64,000 bases of DNA, from contig OZ059899.1 of assembly GCA_964057225.1 (NCBI GenBank), positions 2,418,001 through 2,482,000 on the forward strand, given 5' to 3'. Source of the DNA: Auanema rhodensis (taxonomy: Eukaryota > Animalia > Nematoda). The position numbers and the translations under genes were made by a program. Numbering within the stretch: the first letter of the stretch is position 1; each line of letters starts with the position of its first letter. Below are positions 1 to 11,578 of the stretch, piece after piece. Under the pieces are notes generated by a model, which ran no database searches, was not told the DNA's origin, and saw nothing but the letters and a program-made list of their open reading frames with translations.

Positions 1-62
1 AAGCTGCGTCGATCTGTGTTATCAGATTTGCGCTAGCTTAAAAATGCACCGAGATATCAACT

Positions 63-84
63 GATATAAGTTCACACTTATATC
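63..84. other. Perfect 9-bp inverted repeat with a 4-nt spacer, one per monomer
   Basis: GATATAAGT-tcac-ACTTATATC. It overlaps a second dyad, ATATCA-ac-TGATAT (54-67). Confidence 0.9.
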
Positions 85-186
85 CTCGATTTTCACCCTG
101 AAGAATTGATTTTTTCGTTGAATAACATTGTCTATCGTCTTTGCCTTGAAAAATGGAATCTAAAAACATCTACTTTTTGCTAAATT

Positions 187-221
187 ATTTTGAAATTTTT
201 CGAAAAAATTTTTGTCAAAAT
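187..221. other. AT-rich imperfect palindrome centred on TTTTTCGAAAAA, one per monomer
   Basis: Perfect 12-bp palindrome at 196-207, flanked by ATTTTGA (187-193) and TCAAAAT (215-221). Positions 181-227 have only 6 G/C in 47 bp. Confidence 0.85.
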
Positions 222-234
222 GTTTTTGGAAGCA

Positions 235-262
235 ATGTTGAGTGTACATGGAAACTCAACAT
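235..262. other. Perfect 9-bp inverted repeat with a 10-nt spacer, one per monomer
   Basis: ATGTTGAGT-gtacatggaa-ACTCAACAT. An alternative pairing is AGTGTA (241-246) with TACACT (262-267). Confidence 0.9.
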
Positions 263-336
263 ACACTAATGCATCATTTTTCAAACGATCATAACTAATT
301 TTTGTATCAAGCGTTTCTCAATGTAGTATAGTGCAT

Positions 337-403
337 TCGATGCGGATTTTTAAGCTGCGTCGATCTGTGTTATCAGATTTGCGCTAGCTTAAAAATGCAC
401 CGA
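337..403. other. Long imperfect inverted repeat (hairpin/cruciform potential), one per monomer
   Basis: TCGATGC-GG-ATTTTTAAGCT-GCG-TCG-ATCTG-tgttat-CAGAT-TTG-CGC-T-AGCTTAAAAAT-GCACCGA. Perfect 11-bp arms at 346-356/386-396, inner 5-bp arms at 363-367/374-378, outer arms matching 6 of 7. Confidence 0.88.
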
Positions 404-702
404 GATATCAACTGATATAAGTTCACACTTATATCCTCGATTTTCACCCTGAAGAATTAATTTTTTCGTTGAATAACATTGTCCATCGTCTTTGCCTTGG
501 AAAATGGAATCTAAAAACATCTACTTTTTGCTAAATTATTTTGAAATTTTTGGAAAAAATTTTTGTCAAAATGTTTTTGGAAGCAATGTTGAGTGTACAT
601 GGAAACTCAACATACACTAATGCATCATTTTTCAAACGATCATAACTAATTTTTGTATCAAACGTTTCTCAATGTAGTATAGTGCATTCGATGCGGATTT
701 TT
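352..702. repeat. Type B monomer (linked haplotype m108A, 133C, 149G, 201G, 287G, 302T, 308C, 311A)
   Basis: The same linked set recurs in monomers starting at e.g. 4914, 7369, 10526, 15788, 36139, 43509, 46667, 56491 and 61052. Confidence 0.93.
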
Positions 703-3700
703 AAGCTGCGTCGATCTGTGTTATCAGATTTGCGCTAGCTTAAAAATGCACCGAGATATCAACTGATATAAGTTCACATTTATATCCTCGATTTTCACCC
801 TGAAGAATTGATTTTTTCGTTGAATAACATTGTCTATCGTCTTTGCCTTGAAAAATGGAATCTAAAAACATCTACTTTTTGCTAAATTATTTTGAAATTT
901 TTCGAAAAAATTTTTGTCAAAATGTTTTTGGAAGCAATGTTGAGTGTACATGGAAACTCAACATACACTAATGCATCATTTTTCAAACAATCATAACTAA
1001 TTTGTGTATTAAGCGTTTCTCAATGTAGTATAGTGCATTCGATGCGGATTTTTAAGCTGCGTCGATCTGTGTTATCAGATTTGCGCTAGCTTAAAAATGC
1101 ACCGAGATATCAACTGATATAAGTTCACACTTATATCCTCGATTTTCACCCTGAAGAACTGATTTTTTCGTTGAATAACATTGTCTATCGTCTTTGCCTT
1201 GAAAAATGGAATTTAAAAACATCTACTTTTTGCTAAATTATTTTGAAATTTTTCGAAAAAATTTTTGTCAAAATGTTTTTGGAAGCAATGTTGAGTGTAC
1301 ATGGAAACTCAACATACACTAATGCATCATTTTTCAAACAATCATAACTAATTTGTGTATTAAGCGTTTCTCAATGTAGTATAGTGCATTCGATGCGGAT
1401 TTTTAAGCTGCGTCGATCTGTGTTATCAGATTTGCGCTAGCTTAAAAATGCACCGAGATATCACTTGATATAAGTTCACACTTATATCCTCGATTTTCAC
1501 CCTGAAGAACTGATTTTTTCGTTGAATAACATTGTCTATCGTCTTTGCCTTGAAAAATGGAATTTAAAAACATCTACTTTTTGCTAAATTATTTTGAAAT
1601 TTTTCGAAAAAATTTTTGTCAAAATGTTTTTGGAAGCAATGTTGAGTGTACATGGAAACTCAACATACACTAATGCATCATTTTTCAAACAATCATAACT
1701 AATTTGTGTATTAAGCGTTTCTCAATGTAGTATAGTGCATTCGATGCGGATTTTTAAGCTGCGTCGATCTGTGTTATCAGATTTGCGCTAGCTTAAAAAT
1801 GCACCGAGATATCAACTGATATAAGTTCACACTTATATCCTCGATTTTCACCCTGAAGAATTGATTTTTTCGTTGAATAACATTGTCTATCGTCTTTGCC
1901 TTGAAAAATGGAATTTAAAAACATCTACTTTTTGCTAAATTATTTTGAAATTTTTCGAAAAAATTTTTGTCAAAATGTTTTTGGAAGCAATGTTGAGTGT
2001 ACATGGAAACTCAACATACACTAATGCATCATTTTTCAAACAATCATAACTAATTTGTGTATTAAGCGTTTCTCAATGTAGTATAGTGCATTCGATGCGG
2101 ATTTTTAAGCTGCGTCGATCTGTGTTATCAGATTTGCGCTAGCTTAAAAATGCACCGAGATATCAACTGATATAAGTTCACACTTATATCCTCGATTTTC
2201 ACCCTGAAGAATTGATTTTTTCGTTGAATAACATTGTCTATCGTCTTTGCCTTGAAAAATGGAATTTAAAAACATCTACTTTTTGCTAAATTATTTTGAA
2301 ATTTTTCGAAAAAATTTTTGTCAAAATGTTTTTGGAAGCAATGTTGAGTGTACATGGAAACTCAACATACACTAATGCATCATTTTTCAAACAATCATAA
2401 CTAATTTGTGTATTAAGCGTTTCTCAATGTAGTATAGTGCATTCGATGCGGATTTTTAAGCTGCGTCGATCTGTGTTATCAGATTTGCGCTAGCTTAAAA
2501 ATGCACCGAGATATCACTTGATATAAGTTCACACTTATATCCTCGATTTTCACCCTGAAGAACTGATTTTTTCGTTGAATAACATTGTCTATCGTCTTTG
2601 CCTTGAAAAATGGAATTTAAAAACATCTACTTTTTGCTAAATTTTTTTGAAATTTTTCGAAAAAATTTTTGTCAAAATGTTTTTGGAAGCAATGTTGAGT
2701 GTACATGGAAACTCAACATACACTAATGCATCATTTTTCAAACAATCATAACTAATTTGTGTATTAAGCGTTTCTCAATGTAGTATAGTGCATTCGATGC
2801 GGATTTTTAAGCTGCGTCGATCTGTGTTATCAGATTTGCGCTAGCTTAAAAATGCACCGAGATATCAACTGATATAAGTTCACACTTATATCCTCGATTT
2901 TCACCCTGAAGAATTGATTTTTTCGTTGAATAACATTGTCTATCGTCTTTGCCTTGAAAAATGGAATTTAAAAACATCTACTTTTTGCTAAATTATTTTG
3001 AAATTTTTCGAAAAAATTTTTGTCAAAATGTTTTTGGAAGCAATGTTGAGTGTACATGGAAACTCAACATACACTAATGCATCATTTTTCAAACAATCAT
3101 AACTAATTTGTGTATTAAGCGTTTCTCAATGTAGTATAGTGCATTCGATGCGGATTTTTAAGCTGCGTCGATCTGTGTTATCAGATTTGCGCTAGCTTAA
3201 AAATGCACCGAGATATCAACTGATATAAGTTCACACTTATATCCTCGATTTTCACCCTGAAGAATTGATTTTTTCGTTGAATAACATTGTCTATCGTCTT
3301 TGCCTTGAAAAATGGAATTTAAAAACATCTACTTTTTGCTAAATTATTTTGAAATTTTTCGAAAAAATTTTTGTCAAAATGTTTTTGGAAGCAATGTTGA
3401 GTGTACATGGAAACTCAACATACACTAATGCATCATTTTTCAAACAATCATAACTAATTTGTGTATTAAGCGTTTCTCAATGTAGTATAGTGCATTCGAT
3501 GCGGATTTTTAAGCTGCGTCGATCTGTGTTATCAGATTTGCGCTAGCTTAAAAATGCACCGAGATATCACTTGATATAAGTTCACACTTATATCCTCGAT
3601 TTTCACCCTGAAGAACTGATTTGTTCGTTGAATAACATTGTCTATCGTCTTTGCCTTGAAAAATGGAATTTAAAAACATCTACTTTTTGCTAAATTATTC

Positions 3701-4212
3701 TGAAATTTTTCGAAAAAATTTTTGTCAAAATGTTTTTGGAAGCAATGTTGAGTGTACATGGAAACTCAACATACACTAATGCATCATTTTTCAAACAATC
3801 ATAACTAATTTGTGTATTAAGCGTTTCTCAATGTAGTATAGTGCATTCGATGCGGATTTTTAAGCTGCGTCGATCTGTGTTATCAGATTTGCGCTAGCTT
3901 AAAAATGCACCGAGATATCAACTGATATAAGTTCACACTTATATCCTCGATTTTCACCCTGAAGAATTGATTTTTTCGTTGAATAACATTGTCTATCGTT
4001 TTTGCCTTGAAAAATGGAATTTAAAAACATCTACTTTTTGCTAAATTATTTTGAAATTTTTCGAAAAAATTTTTGTCAAAATGTTTTTGGAAGCAATGTT
4101 GAGTGTACATGGAAACTCAACATACACTAATGCATCATTTTTCAAACAATCATAACTAATTTGTGTATTAAGCGTTTCTCAATGTAGTATAGTGCATTCG
4201 ATGCGGATTTTT

Positions 4213-4562
4213 AAGCTGCGTCGATCTGTGTTATCAGATTTGCGCTAGCTTAAAAATGCACCGAGATATCAACTGATATAAGTTCACACTTATATCCTCG
4301 ATTTTCACCCTGAAGAATTGATTTTTCGTTGAATAACATTGTCTATCGTCTTTGTCTTGAAAAATGGAATCTAAAAACATCTACTTTTTGCTAAATTATT
4401 TTGAAATTTTTCGAAAAAATTTTTGTCAAAATGTTTTTGGAAGCAATGTTGAGTGTACATGGAAACTCAACATACACTAATGCATCATTTTTCAAACGAT
4501 CATAACTAATTTGTGTATTAAGCGTTTCTCAATGTAGTATAGTGCATTCGATGCGGATTTTT
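4213..4562. repeat. Type E monomer (350 bp; one T deleted at m110-115, 144T, 287G, 302G, 308T)
   Basis: GAATTGATTTTTCG together with TTTGTCTTG. It recurs at e.g. 5967, 6668, 8422, 9825, 11579, 18244 and 21401, and in the left half of the window is usually followed by an m44T monomer. Confidence 0.92.
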
Positions 4563-7500
4563 AAGCTGCGTCGATCTGTGTTATCAGATTTGCGCTAGCT
4601 TAAAATTGCACCGAGATATCAACTGATATATGTTCACACTTATATCCTCGATTTTCACCCTGAAGAATTGATTTTTTCGTTGAATAACATTGTCTATCGT
4701 CTTTGCCTTGAAAAATGGAATCTAAAAACATCTACTTTTTGCTAAATTATTTTGAAATTTTTCGAAAAAATTTTTGTCAAAATGTTTTTGGAAGCAATGT
4801 TGAGTGTACATGGAAACTCAACATACACTAATGCATCATTTTTCAAACGATCATAACTAATTTTTGTATCAAGCGTTTCTCAATGTAGTATAGTGCATTC
4901 GATGCGGATTTTTAAGCTGCGTCGATCTGTGTTATCAGATTTGCGCTAGCTTAAAAATGCACCGAGATATCAACTGATATAAGTTCACACTTATATCCTC
5001 GATTTTCACCCTGAAGAATTAATTTTTTCGTTGAATAACATTGTCCATCGTCTTTGCCTTGGAAAATGGAATCTAAAAACATCTACTTTTTGCTAAATTA
5101 TTTTGAAATTTTTGGAAAAAATTTTTGTCAAAATGTTTTTGGAAGCAATGTTGAGTGTACATGGAAACTCAACATACACTAATGCATCATTTTTCAAACG
5201 ATCATAACTAATTTTTGTATCAAACGTTTCTCAATGTAGTATAGTGCATTCGATGCGGATTTTTAAGCTGCGTCGATCTGTGTTATCAGATTTGCGCTAG
5301 CTTAAAAATGCACCGAGATATCAACTGATATAAGTTCACACTTATATCCTCGATTTTCACCCTGAAGAATTGATTTTTTCGTTGAATAACATTGTCTATC
5401 GTCTTTGCCTTGAAAAATGGAATCTAAAAACATCTACTTTTTGCTAAATTATTTTGAAATTTTTCGAAAAAATTTTTGTCAAAATGTTTTTGGAAGCAAT
5501 GTTGAGTGTACATGGAAACTCAACATACACTAATGCATCATTTTTCAAACAATCATAACTAATTTGTGTATTAAGCGTTTCTCAATGTAGTATAGTGCAT
5601 TCGATGCGGATTTTTAAGCTGCGTCGATCTGTGTTATCAGATTTGCGCTAGCTTAAAAATGCACCGAGATATCAACTGATATAAGTTCACACTTATATCC
5701 TCGATTTTCACCCTGAAGAATTGATTTTTTCGTTGAATAACATTGTCTATCGTCTTTGCCTTGAAAAATGGAATTTAAAAACATCTACTTTTTGCTAAAT
5801 TATTTCGAAATTTTTCGAAAAAATTTTTGTCAAAATGTTTTTGGAAGCAATGTTGAGTGTACATGGAAACTCAACATACACTAATGCATCATTTTTCAAA
5901 CAATCATAACTAATTTGTGTATTAAGCGTTTCTCAATGTAGTATAGTGCATTCGATGCGGATTTTTAAGCTGCGTCGATCTGTGTTATCAGATTTGCGCT
6001 AGCTTAAAAATGCACCGAGATATCAACTGATATAAGTTCACACTTATATCCTCGATTTTCACCCTGAAGAATTGATTTTTCGTTGAATAACATTGTCTAT
6101 CGTCTTTGTCTTGAAAAATGGAATCTAAAAACATCTACTTTTTGCTAAATTATTTTGAAATTTTTCGAAAAAATTTTTGTCAAAATGTTTTTGGAAGCAA
6201 TGTTGAGTGTACATGGAAACTCAACATACACTAATGCATCATTTTTCAAACGATCATAACTAATTTGTGTATTAAGCGTTTCTCAATGTAGTATAGTGCA
6301 TTCGATGCGGATTTTTAAGCTGCGTCGATCTGTGTTATCAGATTTGCGCTAGCTTAAAATTGCACCGAGATATCAACTGATATAAGTTCACACTTATATC
6401 CTCGATTTTCACCCTGAAGAATTGATTTTTTCGTTGAATAACATTGTCTATCGTCTTTGCCTTGAAAAATGGAATCTAAAAACATCTACTTTTTGCTAAA
6501 TTATTTTGAAATTTTTCGAAAAAATTTTTGTCAAAATGTTTTTGGAAGCAATGTTGAGTGTACATGGAAACTCAACATACACTAATGCATCATTTTTCAA
6601 ACAATCATAACTAATTTGTGTATTAAGCGTTTCTCAATGTAGTATAGTGCATTCGATGCGGATTTTTAAGCTGCGTCGATCTGTGTTATCAGATTTGCGC
6701 TAGCTTAAAAATGCACCGAGATATCAACTGATATAAGTTCACACTTATATCCTCGATTTTCACCCTGAAGAATTGATTTTTCGTTGAATAACATTGTCTA
6801 TCGTCTTTGTCTTGAAAAATGGAATCTAAAAACATCTACTTTTTGCTAAATTATTTTGAAATTTTTCGAAAAAATTTTTGTCAAAATGTTTTTGGAAGCA
6901 ATGTTGAGTGTACATGGAAACTCAACATACACTAATGCATCATTTTTCAAACGATCATAACTAATTTGTGTATTAAGCGTTTCTCAATGTAGTATAGTGC
7001 ATTCGATGCGGATTTTTAAGCTGCGTCGATCTGTGTTATCAGATTTGCGCTAGCTTAAAATTGCACCGAGATATCAACTGATATAAGTTCACACTTATAT
7101 CCTCGATTTTCACCCTGAAGAATTGATTTTTTCGTTGAATAACATTGTCTATCGTCTTTGCCTTGAAAAATGGAATCTAAAAACATCTACTTTTTGCTAA
7201 ATTATTTTGAAATTTTTCGAAAAAATTTTTGTCAAAATGTTTTTGGAAGCAAGGTTGAGTGTACATGGAAACTCAACATACACTAATGCATCATTTTTCA
7301 AACGATCATAACTAATTTTTGTATCAAGCGTTTCTCAATGTAGTATAGTGCATTCGATGCGGATTTTTAAGCTGCGTCGATCTGTGTTATCAGATTTGCG
7401 CTAGCTTAAAAATGCACCGAGATATCAACTGATATAAGTTCACACTTATATCCTCGATTTTCACCCTGAAGAATTAATTTTTTCGTTGAATAACATTGTC

Positions 7501-10500
7501 CATCGTCTTTGCCTTGGAAAATGGAATCTAAAAACATCTACTTTTTGCTAAATTATTTTGAAATTTTTGGAAAAAATTTTTGTCAAAATGTTTTTGGAAG
7601 CAATGTTGAGTGTACATGGAAACTCAACATACACTAATGCATCATTTTTCAAACGATCATAACTAATTTTTGTATCAAACGTTTCTCAATGTAGTATAGT
7701 GCATTCGATGCGGATTTTTAAGCTGCGTCGATCTGTGTTATCAGATTTGCGCTAGCTTAAAAATGCACCGAGATATCAACTGATATAAGTTCACACTTAT
7801 ATCCTCGATTTTCACCCTGAAGAATTGATTTTTTCGTTGAATAACATTGTCTATCGTCTTTGCCTTGAAAAATGGAATCTAAAAACATCTACTTTTTGCT
7901 AAATTATTTTGAAATTTTTCGAAAAAATTTTTGTCAAAATGTTTTTGGAAGCAATGTTGAGTGTACATGGAAACTCAACATACACTAATGCATCATTTTT
8001 CAAACAATCATAACTAATTTGTGTATTAAGCGTTTCTCAATGTAGTATAGTGCATTCGATGCGGATTTTTAAGCTGCGTCGATCTGTGTTATCAGATTTG
8101 CGCTAGCTTAAAAATGCACCGAGATATCAACTGATATAAGTTCACACTTATATCCTCGATTTTCACCCTGAAGAATTGATTTTTTCGTTGAATAACATTG
8201 TCTATCGTCTTTGCCTTGAAAAATGGAATTTAAAAACATCTACTTTTTGCTAAATTATTTTGAAATTTTTCGAAAAAATTTTTGTCAAAATGTTTTTGGA
8301 AGCAATGTTGAGTGTACATGGAAACTCAACATACACTAATGCATCATTTTTCAAACAATCATAACTAATTTGTGTATTAAGCGTTTCTCAATGTAGTATA
8401 GTGCATTCGATGCGGATTTTTAAGCTGCGTCGATCTGTGTTATCAGATTTGCGCTAGCTTAAAAATGCACCGAGATATCAACTGATATAAGTTCACACTT
8501 ATATCCTCGATTTTCACCCTGAAGAATTGATTTTTCGTTGAATAACATTGTCTATCGTCTTTGTCTTGAAAAATGGAATCTAAAAACATCTACTTTTTGC
8601 TAAATTATTTTGAAATTTTTCGAAAAAATTTTTGTCAAAATGTTTTTGGAAGCAATGTTGAGTGTACATGGAAACTCAACATACACTAATGCATCATTTT
8701 TCAAACGATCATAACTAATTTGTGTATTAAGCGTTTCTCAATGTAGTATAGTGCATTCGATGCGGATTTTTAAGCTGCGTCGATCTGTGTTATCAGATTT
8801 GCGCTAGCTTAAAATTGCACCGAGATATCAACTGATATAAGTTCACACTTATATCCTCGATTTTCACCCTGAAGAATTAATTTTTTCGTTGAATAACATT
8901 GTCCATCGTCTTTGCCTTGGAAAATGGAATCTAAAAACATCTACTTTTTGCTAAATTATTTTGAAATTTTTGGAAAAAATTTTTGTCAAAATGTTTTTGG
9001 AAGCAATGTTGAGTGTACATGGAAACTCAACATACACTAATGCATCATTTTTCAAACGATCATAACTAATTTTTGTATCAAACGTTTCTCAATGTAGTAT
9101 AGTGCATTCGATGCGGATTTTTAAGCTGCGTCGATCTGTGTTATCAGATTTGCGCTAGCTTAAAAATGCACCGAGATATCAACTGATATAAGTTCACACT
9201 TATATCCTCGATTTTCACCCTGAAGAATTGATTTTTTCGTTGAATAACATTGTCTATCGTCTTTGCCTTGAAAAATGGAATCTAAAAACATCTACTTTTT
9301 GCTAAATTATTTTGAAATTTTTCGAAAAAATTTTTGTCAAAATGTTTTTGGAAGCAATGTTGAGTGTACATGGAAACTCAACATACACTAATGCATCATT
9401 TTTCAAACAATCATAACTAATTTGTGTATTAAGCGTTTCTCAATGTAGTATAGTGCATTCGATGCGGATTTTTAAGCTGCGTCGATCTGTGTTATCAGAT
9501 TTGCGCTAGCTTAAAAATGCACCGAGATATCAACTGATATAAGTTCACACTTATATCCTCGATTTTCACCCTGAAGAATTGATTTTTTCGTTGAATAACA
9601 TTGTCTATCGTCTTTGCCTTGAAAAATGGAATTTAAAAACATCTACTTTTTGCTAAATTATTTTGAAATTTTTCGAAAAAATTTTTGTCAAAATGTTTTT
9701 GGAAGCAATGTTGAGTGTACATGGAAACTCAACATACACTAATGCATCATTTTTCAAACAATCATAACTAATTTGTGTATTAAGCGTTTCTCAATGTAGT
9801 ATAGTGCATTCGATGCGGATTTTTAAGCTGCGTCGATCTGTGTTATCAGATTTGCGCTAGCTTAAAAATGCACCGAGATATCAACTGATATAAGTTCACA
9901 CTTATATCCTCGATTTTCACCCTGAAGAATTGATTTTTCGTTGAATAACATTGTCTATCGTCTTTGTCTTGAAAAATGGAATCTAAAAACATCTACTTTT
10001 TGCTAAATTATTTTGAAATTTTTCGAAAAAATTTTTGTCAAAATGTTTTTGGAAGCAATGTTGAGTGTACATGGAAACTCAACATACACTAATGCATCAT
10101 TTTTCAAACGATCATAACTAATTTGTGTATTAAGCGTTTCTCAATGTAGTATAGTGCATTCGATGCGGATTTTTAAGCTGCGTCGATCTGTGTTATCAGA
10201 TTTGCGCTAGCTTAAAATTGCACCGAGATATCAACTGATATAAGTTCACACTTATATCCTCGATTTTCACCCTGAAGAATTGATTTTTTCGTTGAATAAC
10301 ATTGTCTATCGTCTTTGCCTTGAAAAATGGAATCTAAAAACATCTACTTTTTGCTAAATTATTTTGAAATTTTTCGAAAAAATTTTTGTCAAAATGTTTT
10401 TGGAAGCAATGTTGAGTGTACATGGAAACTCAACATACACTAATGCATCATTTTTCAAACGATCATAACTAATTTTTGTATCAAGCGTTTCTCAATGTAG

Positions 10501-11578
10501 TATAGTGCATTCGATGCGGATTTTTAAGCTGCGTCGATCTGTGTTATCAGATTTGCGCTAGCTTAAAAATGCACCGAGATATCAACTGATATAAGTTCAC
10601 ACTTATATCCTCGATTTTCACCCTGAAGAATTAATTTTTTCGTTGAATAACATTGTCCATCGTCTTTGCCTTGGAAAATGGAATCTAAAAACATCTACTT
10701 TTTGCTAAATTATTTTGAAATTTTTGGAAAAAATTTTTGTCAAAATGTTTTTGGAAGCAATGTTGAGTGTACATGGAAACTCAACATACACTAATGCATC
10801 ATTTTTCAAACGATCATAACTAATTTTTGTATCAAACGTTTCTCAATGTAGTATAGTGCATTCGATGCGGATTTTTAAGCTGCGTCGATCTGTGTTATCA
10901 GATTTGCGCTAGCTTAAAAATGCACCGAGATATCAACTGATATAAGTTCACACTTATATCCTCGATTTTCACCCTGAAGAATTGATTTTTTCGTTGAATA
11001 ACATTGTCTATCGTCTTTGCCTTGAAAAATGGAATCTAAAAACATCTACTTTTTGCTAAATTATTTTGAAATTTTTCGAAAAAATTTTTGTCAAAATGTT
11101 TTTGGAAGCAATGTTGAGTGTACATGGAAACTCAACATACACTAATGCATCATTTTTCAAACAATCATAACTAATTTGTGTATTAAGCGTTTCTCAATGT
11201 AGTATAGTGCATTCGATGCGGATTTTTAAGCTGCGTCGATCTGTGTTATCAGATTTGCGCTAGCTTAAAAATGCACCGAGATATCAACTGATATAAGTTC
11301 ACACTTATATCCTCGATTTTCACCCTGAAGAATTGATTTTTTCGTTGAATAACATTGTCTATCGTCTTTGCCTTGAAAAATGGAATTTAAAAACATCTAC
11401 TTTTTGCTAAATTATTTTGAAATTTTTCGAAAAAATTTTTGTCAAAATGTTTTTGGAAGCAATGTTGAGTGTACATGGAAACTCAACATACACTAATGCA
11501 TCATTTTTCAAACAATCATAACTAATTTGTGTATTAAGCGTTTCTCAATGTAGTATAGTGCATTCGATGCGGATTTTT
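4213..11578. repeat. Local 5-mer higher-order repeat E-A(44T)-B-C-D (1754 bp) with truncated variants
   Basis: Full units at 4213-5966, 6668-8421 and 9825-11578; a 2-mer at 5967-6667 and a 4-mer at 8422-9824. Confidence 0.85.

Larger units (their letters stand above)
1..351. repeat. Reference monomer (type A: m160C, 287G, 302T, 308C, 311G)
   Basis: First full unit, about 31.6% GC by hand count. It contains NheI (32-37), EcoRV (53-58), BstBI (199-204), BsrGI (243-248) and NsiI (269-274) sites. Confidence 0.97.

Noticed and set aside
12-36. Helitron-like 3' end (hairpin followed by CTAG)
   Set aside because: The hairpin stem is only 5 bp and not GC-rich, and the CTAG belongs to the larger dyad. 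There is no other Helitron evidence in the window.
34-93. tRNA or tRNA-derived SINE head (A-box-like TAGCTTAA, B-box-like GTTCACAC in a stem-loop, followed by TTTT)
   Set aside because: Both boxes are degenerate, their spacing (36 bp) is short, the loop is 6 nt rather than 7, and there is no acceptor stem or cloverleaf.
113-129. CENP-B box-like TTTCGTTGAATAACATT
   Set aside because: It matches only TTCG and the A of NTTCGNNNNANNCGGGN; the essential CGGG is absent.
98-254. Hammerhead ribozyme/retrozyme: CTGAAGA (98-104) matches CUGANGA and the unit size resembles ribozyme-bearing satellites
   Set aside because: None of the downstream GAAA motifs (148, 192, 202, 251) is preceded by a sequence able to form stem II with m105 onward. 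The motif is mutated in several copies (103T/C) and there is no CUGANGA on the minus strand. An Infernal/RNAMotif search would be the formal test.
207-306. Sm-site-like AATTTTTG motifs (snRNA or spliced-leader RNA gene array)
   Set aside because: Such motifs are expected by chance in T-tract-rich DNA, the m297-304 copy is altered in most monomers (302G), and I recognise no snRNA, SL or 5S sequence.
1-351. Monomer as a diverged dimer of ~175-bp subunits
   Set aside because: I see no direct similarity between the two halves by eye. A low-stringency self dot-plot would be needed to exclude an ancient duplication.
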